This document shows, in pieces, positions 31,373 to 42,946 of a stretch of DNA of 64,000 nucleotides (positions are counted from its first letter, which is position 1; each line of letters starts with the position of its first letter). Source of the DNA: an uncultured Gemmatimonadales bacterium (GTDB taxonomy: Bacteria > Gemmatimonadota > Gemmatimonadetes > Longimicrobiales > RSA9). The notes beneath the pieces were generated by a model. It saw only the letters and a program-made list of their open reading frames with translations, searched no databases and was not told where the DNA came from. The DNA is taken from the NCBI GenBank assembly GCA_963798845.1, contig CAWCUS010000001.1:824929-888928 (forward strand). The letters are read 5' to 3'. Position numbers and translations under genes: made by a program.

Positions 31373-33984
31373 GAGTCCAGCTCCGCGTCCGCCGGCAGCA
31401 CCTCCCCTGCCTCATCCCCTGCCTCATCCCCTGCCGCGTCGCCGGTGAGAACGTCGTCCGTGAGCGCGTCCTCCGCCGCGTCCTCCCCGACCAGCCGGGC
31501 CACGTCCATCACCTCGTCCGCCTCGTCGAGCGCGATCAGCCGAACGCCCTGCGTGTTCCGTCCGATCACCCGGATCTCGTGCACCGACTGCCGGATAACC
31601 ACGCCGTTTCGCGTGATCATCACCAGCTCGTCGTCCGGGTCCACGCCCTTGATCGCGACGACCTTCCCCGTCTTCCCCGTCGTCCGGACGTTGATCACGC
31701 CCTTCCCCCCCCGACCCTGCAGGCGGTAGTCCTCGATCCGGCTCCGCTTCCCCAGCCCCTGCTCGGTCACCACCAGCAGTGTCGGCTCCACTTCGGCCGT
31801 TTCGACTGCCTCCGGGACCTCGTCGATCCCGCTGCCGACGTCCTGCGCGGCTCGCGACCGCACCACGACCATCCCCACCACGTAGTCGGCATCCGCGAGG
31901 CGGATCCCGCGCACCCCGGTGGCGGGCCGTCCCATCTGGCGGACGTCCTCCTCCTCGAAACGGATGGCCATGCCCTCGTGCGTGGCCAGGATCACCTGGT
32001 CGTCCCCGGACGTGATCTGGACATCGATGAGCTCATCGCCCTCGAGGATGTTGATGGCGTTGACGCCCGTGACGCGGATGTGCTGATAGGCGCTCAGCGC
32101 GCTCTTCTTCACCACACCTCGCCGCGTGGCGAACAGAAGGTTGCGATCGTGGCTGAACTCCCGGACCGGCACCACGGCCGCGATCGCCTCTCCCGGACCC
32201 AGCTGGAGGAGGTTGATCATGGGCTTCCCCCGCGCGGCCCGGCTGACCTGCGGGATCTGGTGCACTTTCAGCCAGTAGCACTGGCCGCGGCGGGTGAACA
32301 CCATGAGGTAGTCGTGGGTCTGCGCCAGGAACAGGTGCTCGACCCAGTCCTCGTCCTTCGTGTTCATCCCCATGAGGCCGCGCCCGCCCCGGCGCTGGGT
32401 GCGGTAGGTGTCGAGCGGGAGGCGTTTCACGTAGCCCGAGTGGGAGATCGTCACGACCATGGGCTCGTCCGGGATGAGGTCCTCGATGGACAGGTCCACG
32501 CTGTCGCCCACGATCTGCGTGCGCCGCTCATCACCGTACTTGTCCGCCAGCTCCTGGAGCTCGTCCTTGATGATCTGGTAGCGCCGTGGCTGGTTGGAGA
32601 GGATGTCCTCCAGGTCCTCGATGGTGGACAGGACCTGCCGGATCTCGTCTTCCAGCTTCTCGATCTCGAGCCCGGTCAGGCGAGCCAGCCGCATGTCCAG
32701 GATCGCCCTCGCCTGCGCCTCGCTCAGCTCGAATTCCGACATGAGGGCGCCGCGCGCCGCCTCGGTGTCGTTCGAGCCGCGGATGATCTCGATCACACGG
32801 TCGATATTGTCGACGGCGATCTTCAGCCCCTGGAGGATGTGCTCCCGGGCCCGGGCCTCCGCCAGGTCGTGCTCGCTCCGGCGCACGATCACCGTGTGGC
32901 GATGCTCGACGAAGTGGTGGAGCAGCTCCTTCAGGTTCATCACCCGCGGCACGCCCCTGTCCAGCGCAAGCATGATGACGCCGAACGTGGACTGCATCTG
33001 CGTGTGCTTGAACAGCTGGTTCAGGACGATGTAGGGGATGGCGTCGCGCTTCAGCTCGATCACCACCCGGAGTCCGTCCCGGTCGCTCTCGTCCCGGAGG
33101 TCGCGGATGTCGGTGATCCGCTTGTCGCGGACGAGCTGCGCCATCTGCTCGATCATGCGGGCCTTGTTCACCATGAACGGGATCTCGCGGACAATGATAC
33201 GGCTGCTGCCGTCGTCATCCTCCTCGATGTCCGCCTTGGCCCGCATGATGATGCGACCCCGCCCCGTCTCGTACGCCTCGCGGATCCCGTCGCGGCCGTG
33301 GATGAAGCCGCCGGTGGGGAGGTCCGGGCCGCGCACGTGCTGCATCAGGTCCGCCACCGTGCAGTCCGGATCATCGACCAGGTGCTGCGCCGCCGCCACT
33401 ACCTCGCGCAGGTTGTGCGGCGGGATGTTCGTGGCCATTCCCACCGCGATCCCCAATGCCCCGTTCACCAGCAGGTTCGGCAGCTTCGACGGCAGGACCA
33501 CCGGCTCCTCGCGCTGGTCGTCGAACGTGGGCGTGAAGCCCACGGTATCCTTGTCGATGTCCGCCAGCAGCTCCTGCGCGATCGCCTGGAGCCTCGCTTC
33601 CGTGTAGCGGTAGGCCGCGGCGTTGTCGCCATCGATGGAGCCGAAGTTCCCCTGCCCGTCCACCAGCGGGTAGCGCAGGCTGAAGTCCTGGACCATGCGC
33701 ACCATGGCGTCGTAGACCGCCGAGTCTCCGTGCGGGTGGTACTTGCCCAGCACCTCGCCCACCACGTTCGCGCTCTTCTTGTACGGCCGCGTGGGGCCCA
33801 GCCCCAGTTCGCTCATGGCGTACAGGATCCGCCGGTGCACCGGCTTCAGCCCGTCGCGCACGTCCGGCAGCGCCCGCTGCACGATCACGCTCATCGAGTA
33901 GTCCAGGAAGGACTCCCGCATCTCCTCCTCGATCAGGCGAGGAAGGACTTTCGACTGCGTTCCGGGCATCTCCGGAGTGTCCAT
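31369..33984 (-). CDS. gyrA: DNA gyrase subunit A
   Basis: [30 protein letters not shown], GyrA-box QRRGGRG and acidic tail; start may be up to 34038. Confidence 0.97.
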   Translation of the reverse strand: MDTPEMPGTQSKVLPRLIEEEMRESFLDYSMSVIVQRALPDVRDGLKPVHRRILYAMSELGLGPTRPYKKSANVVGEVLGKYHPHGDSAVYDAMVRMVQDFSLRYPLVDGQGNFGSIDGDNAAAYRYTEARLQAIAQELLADIDKDTVGFTPTFDDQREEPVVLPSKLPNLLVNGALGIAVGMATNIPPHNLREVVAAAQHLVDDPDCTVADLMQHVRGPDLPTGGFIHGRDGIREAYETGRGRIIMRAKADIEEDDDGSSRIIVREIPFMVNKARMIEQMAQLVRDKRITDIRDLRDESDRDGLRVVIELKRDAIPYIVLNQLFKHTQMQSTFGVIMLALDRGVPRVMNLKELLHHFVEHRHTVIVRRSEHDLAEARAREHILQGLKIAVDNIDRVIEIIRGSNDTEAARGALMSEFELSEAQARAILDMRLARLTGLEIEKLEDEIRQVLSTIEDLEDILSNQPRRYQIIKDELQELADKYGDERRTQIVGDSVDLSIEDLIPDEPMVVTISHSGYVKRLPLDTYRTQRRGGRGLMGMNTKDEDWVEHLFLAQTHDYLMVFTRRGQCYWLKVHQIPQVSRAARGKPMINLLQLGPGEAIAAVVPVREFSHDRNLLFATRRGVVKKSALSAYQHIRVTGVNAINILEGDELIDVQITSGDDQVILATHEGMAIRFEEEDVRQMGRPATGVRGIRLADADYVVGMVVVRSRAAQDVGSGIDEVPEAVETAEVEPTLLVVTEQGLGKRSRIEDYRLQGRGGKGVINVRTTGKTGKVVAIKGVDPDDELVMITRNGVVIRQSVHEIRVIGRNTQGVRLIALDEADEVMDVARLVGEDAAEDALTDDVLTGDAAGDEAGDEAGEVLPADAELDS

Positions 33985-34191
33985 CGGCACCGTCTTTTTC
34001 GTGTGGGTCGGTTCGGGGCCCGGCCGGACGACCGGCAAGCCTGTATTTTACGAATTTCCCGGGCGTTCTGCGAGACGGGGCTGGTACACCGCCAGACCGC
34101 GGAAGTTCACGCGTGGGCGCGCGCGCTCACGCGTGGAGAAGCGAACAACAGCGTTTCACGCGAAGACGGGGCTTACGCGAAGGTCAGGGTC

Positions 34192-36228
34192 TCACTGTAC
34201 TTCCACGCACGCTGAGAACTCCGACGTGTTGCCCGCCGGATCGGTGGCGGTCGCCGTCACGTGGTCACCGGCGGACAGATCGCCGAAGCTCGGCGTGAAG
34301 CTCGCGTTGCCGTCCGAGTTGGTCGTCACGTTGATCGAGCCGAGGAAGCGCTCGCCCTCGCCGTATCCGCTCCTGTCACACACATAGCCTGCCGGATCGA
34401 CGCCGGTGTTGGCGAAGAACTCGATGCGGTAGGCGGTGTTGCCGCTGCTGTTGAGTGTGCCGGTGATGGCGCCGCTCGTCACCGCGGACGTGAGCACCGG
34501 GAAGTTCTGGAGGCCGTTCGGGCCGCCGTCGCCGTCGCCGGCGTCGTTGGGGGTCACGTCGTCGTCGCCGAGGTCGATCCCGAGGCCGGTCCCGTTCGGG
34601 TCCGCCACCGTCTGGTTCTGGTAGATCGCGTTGCCCAGAATCGAGTTCCCGCCCGCGGACGGGGAGACGACCGCCACGCCGTCGCCACCGTTGAAGATGA
34701 TGAGGTTGCCGTCGCCCTCGGCCGTGCCGCCCACCACGTTTCCGGGCCCCTCGATGTAGACGCCCTGGCGGGCGTTGCCAGCGTGCGTCAATCCGTCGGC
34801 CGAGCCGATCACGTTCCCACGCACCCGGTTGCTCGCCGCGCCGCCATCCAGCCTCACCCCGTCTTCCTGGTTCGCCGCGATGATGTTGCCAGCTCCCTGT
34901 TCGGACCCGCCGATGTCGTTGTCGCGCGCCCCGCCTGCGATGTGCACGCCGCTCTTCCCGTTCCCGACCCGCGTGCCCGCCGCCGCCGCGTCCACACCGA
35001 TGGTGTTGCCGAGCACCTGGTTGCCGGTTGCGCCCGCGCCCGTGATCAGCACGCCGTCATCCCCGTTCCCGCCGATCGTGTTCCCCTGGCCGGTCGTCGA
35101 TCCGCCCACGACGTTGTTGGACACCCCGACGATGCGTACGCCTGTCACGCCGTTCCCGAGCGCCGCATCGCCGCTGGCCGCGATCCCTATGTAGCTTCTG
35201 CGGATCACGGTTCCGCTCGACGTGCCCGTCAGCAGGATGCCGTATTGCAGGTTGCCCGAGATCAGGTTTCCATCCCCCGGCTGCAAGGCGCCGATCCGGT
35301 TCCCCGTCCCGGCCTCGACCCGGATGCCCACCTGGTTGGGATACGCAGCCGTTCCCGTGTGCTCCGCGCCGATGATGCAGCCGACGACCGTGTTGCCGCC
35401 GGTCGCCAGCCGGATGCCCGCGCCGCCGGCGAAATTCAGGATCACGAGCCCCCGGATCACGGACGAGCCCCCCGTCACGCGCAGGCCGTCCACCGAGTTG
35501 CCCGCGGCGTACCCGTTCAGCACAACCGGGTCCGGATCGGTCGTCGCGTCGATCCTGACGGAATCCGTGATCGCCGGCAGCGACGAGCCGAGCACGATCA
35601 CGTGCTCGGTCCCCTCGACCGAAAACGTGATCTCGTCTTCCCCTGGATGGGCGTTCGCCGCCACGATCGCCTCGCGCAGACTGCAGTGGGTGGCGTCGCA
35701 AGTCCCGTCGTTCACGTCGTCGAGGGCGTTCACCACGTAGGCGGGCGCTGCCGCGGGCGTCACCATCGTGAGCACCCGGGCGGCGGAGCTGCTCCCGTCG
35801 TTGTTGCTCGCGTCGGGGTCCGCGGTCGCCGACGTCGCCCTCGCCACGATGTCCACCGTGCCCGAGTCCGGCGCCGTCACCGTCACCGTGCGCTGCACGC
35901 TCGCGCCGCTGCCCAGGCCCACGGCGGGCCAACTCACGGTTCCCCCCGACTCCGTGCCGCCGTCCGACGCGACCACGAACGTCGCCCCGCCCGACAGCAC
36001 GGACCGGATCACGACCTGTGTCGCGGCGTCGGGACCGTGGTTCGTCACGGTCAGGGTGTACGTGAGGTCCGCCCCGGCGTCGACGCTGGTCGGGCCCGTC
36101 ATGGTCACCGCGACGTCGGCCGCAGGGGGATCTTCCACGGCGCCGGGACCGGTCGAGTCGGTGCACGTGGCGGCGACGAGAGCGGCGGCCAGAAGGAACC
36201 ACCGTGCCTTCTTCGCAGACGATGACAT
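34192..36228 (-). CDS. Surface lipoprotein with DUF11 (Ig-like), CSLREA and beta-helix repeat domains
   Basis: AATC lipobox, LTYTLTVTNHGPDAA, CSLREAI, GN.I.GN repeats and C-terminal TATATDPAGNTSEFS. Confidence 0.85.
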   Translation of the reverse strand: MSSSAKKARWFLLAAALVAATCTDSTGPGAVEDPPAADVAVTMTGPTSVDAGADLTYTLTVTNHGPDAATQVVIRSVLSGGATFVVASDGGTESGGTVSWPAVGLGSGASVQRTVTVTAPDSGTVDIVARATSATADPDASNNDGSSSAARVLTMVTPAAAPAYVVNALDDVNDGTCDATHCSLREAIVAANAHPGEDEITFSVEGTEHVIVLGSSLPAITDSVRIDATTDPDPVVLNGYAAGNSVDGLRVTGGSSVIRGLVILNFAGGAGIRLATGGNTVVGCIIGAEHTGTAAYPNQVGIRVEAGTGNRIGALQPGDGNLISGNLQYGILLTGTSSGTVIRRSYIGIAASGDAALGNGVTGVRIVGVSNNVVGGSTTGQGNTIGGNGDDGVLITGAGATGNQVLGNTIGVDAAAAGTRVGNGKSGVHIAGGARDNDIGGSEQGAGNIIAANQEDGVRLDGGAASNRVRGNVIGSADGLTHAGNARQGVYIEGPGNVVGGTAEGDGNLIIFNGGDGVAVVSPSAGGNSILGNAIYQNQTVADPNGTGLGIDLGDDDVTPNDAGDGDGGPNGLQNFPVLTSAVTSGAITGTLNSSGNTAYRIEFFANTGVDPAGYVCDRSGYGEGERFLGSINVTTNSDGNASFTPSFGDLSAGDHVTATATDPAGNTSEFSACVEVQ

Positions 36229-36369
36229 GGGCTGAGATCCGGAGGGAGGAAAGGTGTCCAGGGCGCCCGCACGGGCGTGACCACACGCTGGGCGCGGGCC
36301 GTGGGCGCAAGACGTATGCCCGGTCTGCCGGCGCCGGCGACCCTGCCAGGCCGGTGCGCCGCTTCGCCG

Positions 36370-38668
36370 CTAACTCGCCTTCTTCGCCAGCTCCTGCAAC
36401 CGGTCGATCAGCGCCGACGCCGTGCCTTCCGCGCCCCCCGTGAGCTCGTCCAGCGACGACGCCCCGACCAGCCCGGCCGCGTCCTGCCTGGACATCCCCG
36501 CCTCGGAGACGAGGTCCTCGATGAACCGGCGCTGCTTCGCGCTGGCCGGCTTGCGCTCGTCGTAGACGCGGCGCAGCTCGTCGATGGCGGCGCTGGCCTG
36601 GTGGCTTGTGCGGATGTCGTCGGGGGTGCGGAAGCCGGTGAGCTCCTCGAGCTCGCCCTCGTCCAGCGACAGGTCCGTCGCCAGCTCGCGCAGGTAGTCC
36701 ATTTGGCGCTCCGTGGGCGCGGGGTGGATTCCGGCGTCGCGAAGCTCCTGGATGAGCGCGTCGGCCTCCTCGTACGACAGCGTCGACAGGTCGGACCGGG
36801 CCGTCCGCACGTCCTCGGGCGCGTTCTCCAGCAGCCGCTCGAGACGGTGCTTCTGGTGCGGCACGATCCCGCCCGCGCGCTTCTTCTCCAGCGCGATGTT
36901 GTGCAGGTCGCGGATCTCGTCGCGCCACTCCTCCCAGCTCGCGGGGGCCGACTCCTCTCCTTCCGCGATGCGGTCCAGCCGCTCCTCCATGAGCGCCGTG
37001 AACTCGGGGCTGAACAGCTCCTCGACCACGCCGCCGTCCTCGCCGTCCTTCGCGTACAGCGGCGCCGCGTGCAGCCACACGATCCGCCCGCGTTCGGTCG
37101 GCACCAGCGCGCCGTCCTCCAGCGTCACGTAGCTCCGCTCCTCCAGCTTCTCCACGGTGCGGCTGTACGTGGACGGGCGGCCGATGCCCGCGTCCTTCAT
37201 CGCCTTGATCAGCGTGTGGGGCCGATAGCGCGGCGGCGGCCTGGTCTCGTCCTCGACGAGCAGCGGGTTGGCGCGCTCCTCCGTGCCGGGGTCGAGTGGC
37301 CAGACCGCACCCTCCCCCAGCGGCACATTCCGGCGGAGAAGTGGCGACGTCGCCCATGAACTCGGCGTACGCGCTTTCCCAGCCCGGGAAGGTGCGCCAC
37401 GAAACGGTCCCGTTGAGCGGCCTCTCCAGGCCGTCCGCCGCGGCCTCGATGCTCAGGATGGTGCGCTGTGACGGCGCCATTTGGCTGGCCAGCGTATGCG
37501 CGCGGACCAGGCGGTACAGGCGGCGGGCGTCCCCGTCGTCCACCGGGGGCTCCTCCACGTCCAGGCGGGTTGGCCGGATCGCCTCGTGGGCATCCTGAAC
37601 CGGCCCCGTGACCACGGCGCCGGCCGTCCCCGGCCCCAGGTGGTCTTCGCCGAACGCCGATTTGACGACGTCCCTCGTCTTCGCCACCGCCGATGCCGCC
37701 AGCCGGGTGGAGTCGGTCCGGATGTACGTGATGTGGCCGGCCTCGTACAGCATGGACGCCAGCGCAGACGTCTTCCGGGGCGACCAGCCGAAGCGCGACC
37801 CGGCCGCCTGGAGCAGCGCGTCCGTGGTCAGCGGCGCGTCCGGGCGACGCTGCCGCTTGCGCTCCGCCACGCCCGTCACGGTCACCCGCCCCGCCGCCTG
37901 CAGCGCCGCGAAGGCGCGGCCCGCCATCTCGCCGTCGAAGGTGCGGGAGGGATGCACCTTGCCGGCCTCGTCGCGCCAGGCGTCGTCGTCGTCGCGCTCG
38001 TGGAAGCGGACGGACAGGTCCACGCCCAGCGCCTCCCCGTGCACTTCGAAGTAGGGGATCGGGACGTGCTCCTCCCGCTCCAGCTCCCTCTCGACGACGA
38101 ACCCCAGCGTGGGCGTCTGCACCCGCCCCATCGACGCCGCGCCCCCGGGCACCAGCGATTTCGCCACCTTCGACGCGCGGTAGCCCACCAGCCGGTCGAG
38201 GAATTTCCGCACCAGCGCGCTGTCGACCATGCGCGCATCGACCGGGCGAGGGTTCTGTATGGCCGCCTCGACCGCTTCCCGCGTCACCTCCTGGAACGCG
38301 ACCCTGTGCGTGGGGCCCCGTTCCGCCAGGATGCGATCCAGGCACCAGGCGATGAACTCGCCCTCGCGGTCCGGGTCCGTGGCGATCCAGAACTCGGCAC
38401 CCTCGTCGCCCGACTCCGCGGCCGACTCGGCTTCCTGCACGATCTTCCGCACCGCGTCCTGCCCCCGCTCCGTCCACACCCAGGGCGGCGAAGGCAGCTC
38501 CCCGGGACGGTTCGCCCAGAACGCCTTCGACGCGTCCTTCCCGTGCCGACTCCGGTTGTCCGGGAGCGTCTGCACGTGCCCGCCCGTGGCGAGCACACTC
38601 CATCCGGAGCCCAGGTAATTCTGGAGTGTCCGGGATTTCGCTGCCGATTCGACGATCAGGATATTCAT
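36370..38668 (-). pseudogene. topA: Type IA DNA topoisomerase with a single frameshift near 37327 (pseudogene or sequencing error)
   Basis: IVESAAK, ATDPDREGE, GRVQTPTL and ITYIRTDS in one frame; PPPRY...GIGRPSTY in another; one extra base at GAA-T-GTG. Confidence 0.85.
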
Positions 38669-38851
38669 GCGGCCCGGACGGTAAAGGCATCGGGGCCGGC
38701 GGACAAGGTGGGGGTTCAGGCTGCGTGCAGGCGCGCGGCCGCGTCGTGCCCGCACTCGGGCTCGCACGTGTGGGGGGTGCCCGGGTGCGGGCGGGCAGTC
38801 GTGGATCGTACACACCCCCCCGCGGCGCGGCCCGGCCGCCGCGGGTGGGCT

Positions 38852-40063
38852 TCAGCGTCGCACGAGCCAGGCGACGAGGCCCGCCAGAGCCAGGATGATC
38901 AGGAGCGCGGCCCACTGGAGCACGGGCAGGCCGCGCGGCTTCTCGCTCGACAGGGCGCGGGTCCGCTCGATTCGGCCGGCGCTCAGGTCGAAGATCCAGC
39001 CGAGAACCAGCGCCACGGGGAGTCCGGCCAGGGTGGCGGTGACCACGGCGGTCGCGGTCCACGGGGGGAGGGGCAGGGGGAGGGCGGGGAGCGCGGAGTC
39101 CACGAGCGAAAGCACGATCATCATGAACGCGCCGTACGCGGCGCCCACCTTGTACACGCCCCGTCGCTTGAGCTCGCTCAGGAAGCTTGCCATGGCGCCC
39201 TGCGGCTCGAGCGCGGCGCCGCCGGCGAGGCGTGAACGCATCAGGGTGGCCGAAGGGCGCTGCTCGGGCCGCTTCTGGAGGCAGCGGAGGAGCAGGTCCT
39301 CGAGATCCGTGCCGACGTCCGGTCGCAGCGCTCGCAGCCGCACCGGCTCCTCCGTTAGGTGGGCCCGGATCTGATCGGCCATCCGCGTGGCCTGGGGGAA
39401 CGGTCCGCTCCCCGTCAGGAGCTCGTACGCGGTCACGGCGAGCGAGTACATGTCTGAGCCGGGCTGGATCGACTCTCCGCTCAGCTGCTCGGGCGGCGCG
39501 TACCCCACCTGCCCCAGGATCTGGCCAGCGCCCGTGATCCGCGTCGCAGCCTCGCCGCCCGTCTCCAGCACGCCCGCGATGCCGAAGTCCGCCAGCACCA
39601 CGCGGCCGCCGTCCCGCGTGCGCATGATATTGCCCGGGCGGACGTCGCGATGGATGATGCCGAGGGCGTGAGCGGCGTCGAGGGCGCCGCACACCTCCGT
39701 CAGCACCTCCCGCACCTCGTCCTCGCCGAGCTGCCCGCCCGCCGCGACGATGTCCGCGTACGTGCGGCCGTCGATGTACTCCATCACCAGGTATGGCCGC
39801 CCGTCCCCCAGCTCCCCCACCCGGTGCACCGCCACCACGCTCGGGTGACGGATCTTCGCCGCCAGGCGTGCTTCCCGCAGGAAGCGCTTGCGCGCGGTCT
39901 CGTCCGCCGACAGCGACCTGCGCAGCACCTTCACGGCCACCGGCCGCTCCAGCGCCCGCTCCCGCGCCAGGAAAACCTCCGCGAACGCGCCCTGGCCGAG
40001 CGGCCGGACCAGCTCGAAGTCCGTCCCCAGGTCCTCCCGCAGTGCTTCCATGGCCGGTGTCAT
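38852..40063 (-). CDS. Ser/Thr protein kinase with C-terminal TM module
   Basis: LGQGAFAEV, AVK, HRDVRPGN and DFG; FLSELKRRGVYKV-type 3-TM tail. Confidence 0.9.
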   Translation of the reverse strand: MTPAMEALREDLGTDFELVRPLGQGAFAEVFLARERALERPVAVKVLRRSLSADETARKRFLREARLAAKIRHPSVVAVHRVGELGDGRPYLVMEYIDGRTYADIVAAGGQLGEDEVREVLTEVCGALDAAHALGIIHRDVRPGNIMRTRDGGRVVLADFGIAGVLETGGEAATRITGAGQILGQVGYAPPEQLSGESIQPGSDMYSLAVTAYELLTGSGPFPQATRMADQIRAHLTEEPVRLRALRPDVGTDLEDLLLRCLQKRPEQRPSATLMRSRLAGGAALEPQGAMASFLSELKRRGVYKVGAAYGAFMMIVLSLVDSALPALPLPLPPWTATAVVTATLAGLPVALVLGWIFDLSAGRIERTRALSSEKPRGLPVLQWAALLIILALAGLVAWLVRR

Positions 40064-40207
40064 GGGAGCCAAGATGCAGCGGCCGCCACCGGACTGCCAC
40101 GCTCCCGTGGCCGCGGCCTGCCACGACATCGTTGGAATTTCAGGGAGGCAGACGTATCCTGGACACCCTGAACCCGGCCCCTTATCTCTCCGTCGGAGCC
40201 CCCCAGA

Positions 40208-42946
40208 GTGATCGATCGTCTCAACCGCGCGCTCGCGCCGCGGTACCGCATCGAGCAGGAGCTCGGTGAGGGCGGCATGGCCAACGTGTACCTGGCCGAG
40301 GACCTGAAGCACGTGCGCCGCGTCGCCCTCAAGGTGCTGAAGCCGGAGCTGGCCGCCGTGGTGGGCGCAGAGCGCTTCCTGGCCGAGATCAGGACCACGG
40401 CCAACCTCCAGCACCCCCACATCCTCCCGCTCTTCGACTCCGGCAGCGCCGATTCCTTCCTGTTCTACGTCATGCCCTACGTGGAAGGGGAGAGCCTGCG
40501 GGACAAGCTGGGCCGGGAAAAGCAGCTGTCGGTGGACGAGGGTGTGGAGATCGCGCGCAAGGTGGCGGCGGCGCTGCACTACGCGCACGAGCAGGGCGTG
40601 GTGCACCGGGATGTGAAGCCCGACAACATCCTGATCTCGCGGGGCGAGCCCCTGGTGGCCGACTTCGGCATCGCCCTCGCGCTGGCCGAGGCGGGCGGCG
40701 GGCGGATCACGGAGACGGGGCTCAGCCTGGGCACGCCCCACTACATGAGCCCGGAGCAGGCCTCGGGCGAGCAGTCGCTGGACAAGCGCAGCGACGTCTA
40801 CGCGCTCGGGTGCGTGCTGTACGAGATGCTGACGGGCGAGCCACCCTTCGGCGGGCCCACCGCTCAGGCCGTCCTCGCCCGCATCCTCACGGGCGAGGCG
40901 AGGCGGGTCACGGAGGTGCGCCGCACGGTCCCACCGAACGTGGACGCGGCCGTGGCACGGGCGCTGGAGAAGCTCCCGGCCGATCGCTTCCCCTCCGCCG
41001 ACGCCTTCGCCCGTGCGCTCGGCGACGCTTCCTTCCGCCACGCCCCCGCGCAGGCGGGCGCGACGGCGCAGGCGGCCGCGCGGGCGGCCGGCCGGAAGGG
41101 ACGCCGGTGGCCGGCGCTGGCAGCGACGGCCGCGGGGGCCGTGGCCGTCGGCCTCCTCCTGGGCTTCGGGCTGCGCGCGCCCGCGAGCGCCGGCGACCGA
41201 TTCATCGCTGAGATCCACTTCCCGGACGACCAGCGTCTGCTCGACGCGCCGGGCGGGTCCCCCATCGCGCTCTCGCCGGACGGCTCCACGCTGGTCTACA
41301 TGGGACCGGGCGCGGGGCAGGGCTGGCAGCTGTGGGCGCGACGCGCGAGCTCGCTCCGGGCCACGCCGGTGCCGGGGAGCCACAACGCCGTCACGCCCGT
41401 CTTCTCCCCTGACGGCTCGGCCGTGGCCTTCGTCGACGGGACGGACCTGAAGGTGGTGGACCTCAGGGTCGGGACGCCCCGCACGCTGGATGACGACGCC
41501 TACCTCGTCGCCGACTGGACCGACGACGGTTCCATCTACTACCTCGCGGCCGCATCCAACACCTGGTACCGGATCCGGGCTGCGGGCGGGGAGCCGGACA
41601 CGGTTCCGGGGCTGAGTCCGGAGGGGGCGGCGCCCGGCTTGCTGACGCCCCCCGCGTACACGTTCGGCGACGTCCTGCCCGACGGGAAGCACGGCGTGTG
41701 GACCCGCGTGCTGATCAACGCGAACCGGGCGCAGCAGTCCATCGCCGTGGTGGACCTGGAGACCGGCGAGCAGCGGGAGATCGCGCGCGGGGCCTCGCCC
41801 CGCTTCCTGCGCAGCGGTCAGCTGGTCTGGATCTCGCCAGAGGGCGTGCTCCAGGCAGCGGCGTTCGATCCCCGCGCCGGCGAGCTCACCGGTCCGCCCA
41901 TCCCCATCGCCGAAGGCGTGGGCAGCGACGGCCAGGGCGGAGCCCACGCCGCCGTGTCCGAGTCCGGCGACGTGGTCTACGTCCTGGGCGCGGCCGGGGG
42001 CGCGGGCATGAAGCTCCAGTGGGTGGAGCGCGGCGGCGACACCGCGCTGGTGGACCCGGACTGGAAGATCCAGCCCGTGGCGGCCGGCAACTGGAACGGC
42101 GCCGCGCTCTCCCCCGACGGCTCCAGGCTCGTGGTCACCGATGGGTCGGTGGGCGGCAGCCAGCTGTGGGTCCGCAGCGCGGCCGGGAACGCGCCGCCGT
42201 CCCGGATCACGTTCTCGGGCAGCTTCCACGTCCGCCCCCGCTGGACCGCCGATGGACAGGCCGTGACGTTCATCTCCGACCTGGGCGGCGAAGGGAAGCC
42301 GACGCAGGTCTGGACCAAGGCCGCCGACGGCAGCGGCGCCCCACGCCCGCTCGCCGCCGACACCATCGAGATCGAGGAGGCGGTCGTTTCCCCGGACGGC
42401 CAGTGGCTCGTCTACCGCCGCGGCGGGACGCGGGTCGGGCGCGACATCTACGCCCGCCGCCTCCACGGGGACTCGGCAGGCCAACCGCTGGTGGCAACGG
42501 CGGCGGACGAGAAGTCGCCGCAGCTGTCCCCCGACGGCCGCTGGCTCGCCTACACGTCGGACGAGAGCGGCCAGCTCGAGGTCTTCGCGCGCCCCTTCCC
42601 CAACGTGGCCGAGGGCAAGTGGCAGGTCTCCGTGGGCGGCGGCTTCAGCCCGCTCTGGGCGCACAATGGCAGGGAGCTGTTCTACATCGGCAGCCGGGAC
42701 GGCGCGCACATGATGGCCGCGCGCGTGGAAGCCCGCGGCGGCTCGCTGGCGGTGGTGTCCCGCCAGCCCCTGTTCGCCATCGGCGACCAGTACGTCGACC
42801 AGAACTACACGGCGTTCGACGTCACCCCGGACGACCAGCGCTTCCTCATGTTCTCCTTCGGCAGCGGCGGCGGCGGGACCATGGTGTGGGAGCGGAACTG
42901 GCTGGACGAGTGGCGGCGGCGGGCGGCGGGAGCGAGCGGAACGTGA
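40208..42946 (+). CDS. Ser/Thr kinase - TM - PD40/TolB-like beta-propeller
   Basis: GEGGMA, HRDVKPDN, DFG, GTPHYMSPEQ and repeated SPDG motifs. Confidence 0.95.
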   Translation: MIDRLNRALAPRYRIEQELGEGGMANVYLAEDLKHVRRVALKVLKPELAAVVGAERFLAEIRTTANLQHPHILPLFDSGSADSFLFYVMPYVEGESLRDKLGREKQLSVDEGVEIARKVAAALHYAHEQGVVHRDVKPDNILISRGEPLVADFGIALALAEAGGGRITETGLSLGTPHYMSPEQASGEQSLDKRSDVYALGCVLYEMLTGEPPFGGPTAQAVLARILTGEARRVTEVRRTVPPNVDAAVARALEKLPADRFPSADAFARALGDASFRHAPAQAGATAQAAARAAGRKGRRWPALAATAAGAVAVGLLLGFGLRAPASAGDRFIAEIHFPDDQRLLDAPGGSPIALSPDGSTLVYMGPGAGQGWQLWARRASSLRATPVPGSHNAVTPVFSPDGSAVAFVDGTDLKVVDLRVGTPRTLDDDAYLVADWTDDGSIYYLAAASNTWYRIRAAGGEPDTVPGLSPEGAAPGLLTPPAYTFGDVLPDGKHGVWTRVLINANRAQQSIAVVDLETGEQREIARGASPRFLRSGQLVWISPEGVLQAAAFDPRAGELTGPPIPIAEGVGSDGQGGAHAAVSESGDVVYVLGAAGGAGMKLQWVERGGDTALVDPDWKIQPVAAGNWNGAALSPDGSRLVVTDGSVGGSQLWVRSAAGNAPPSRITFSGSFHVRPRWTADGQAVTFISDLGGEGKPTQVWTKAADGSGAPRPLAADTIEIEEAVVSPDGQWLVYRRGGTRVGRDIYARRLHGDSAGQPLVATAADEKSPQLSPDGRWLAYTSDESGQLEVFARPFPNVAEGKWQVSVGGGFSPLWAHNGRELFYIGSRDGAHMMAARVEARGGSLAVVSRQPLFAIGDQYVDQNYTAFDVTPDDQRFLMFSFGSGGGGTMVWERNWLDEWRRRAAGASGT

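Noticed and set aside
35057..38815. 1252-aa topoisomerase fusion ORF
   Set aside because: After about 37330 it is out-of-frame read-through (Arg/Gly-rich) over the true C-terminus and the CSLREA gene
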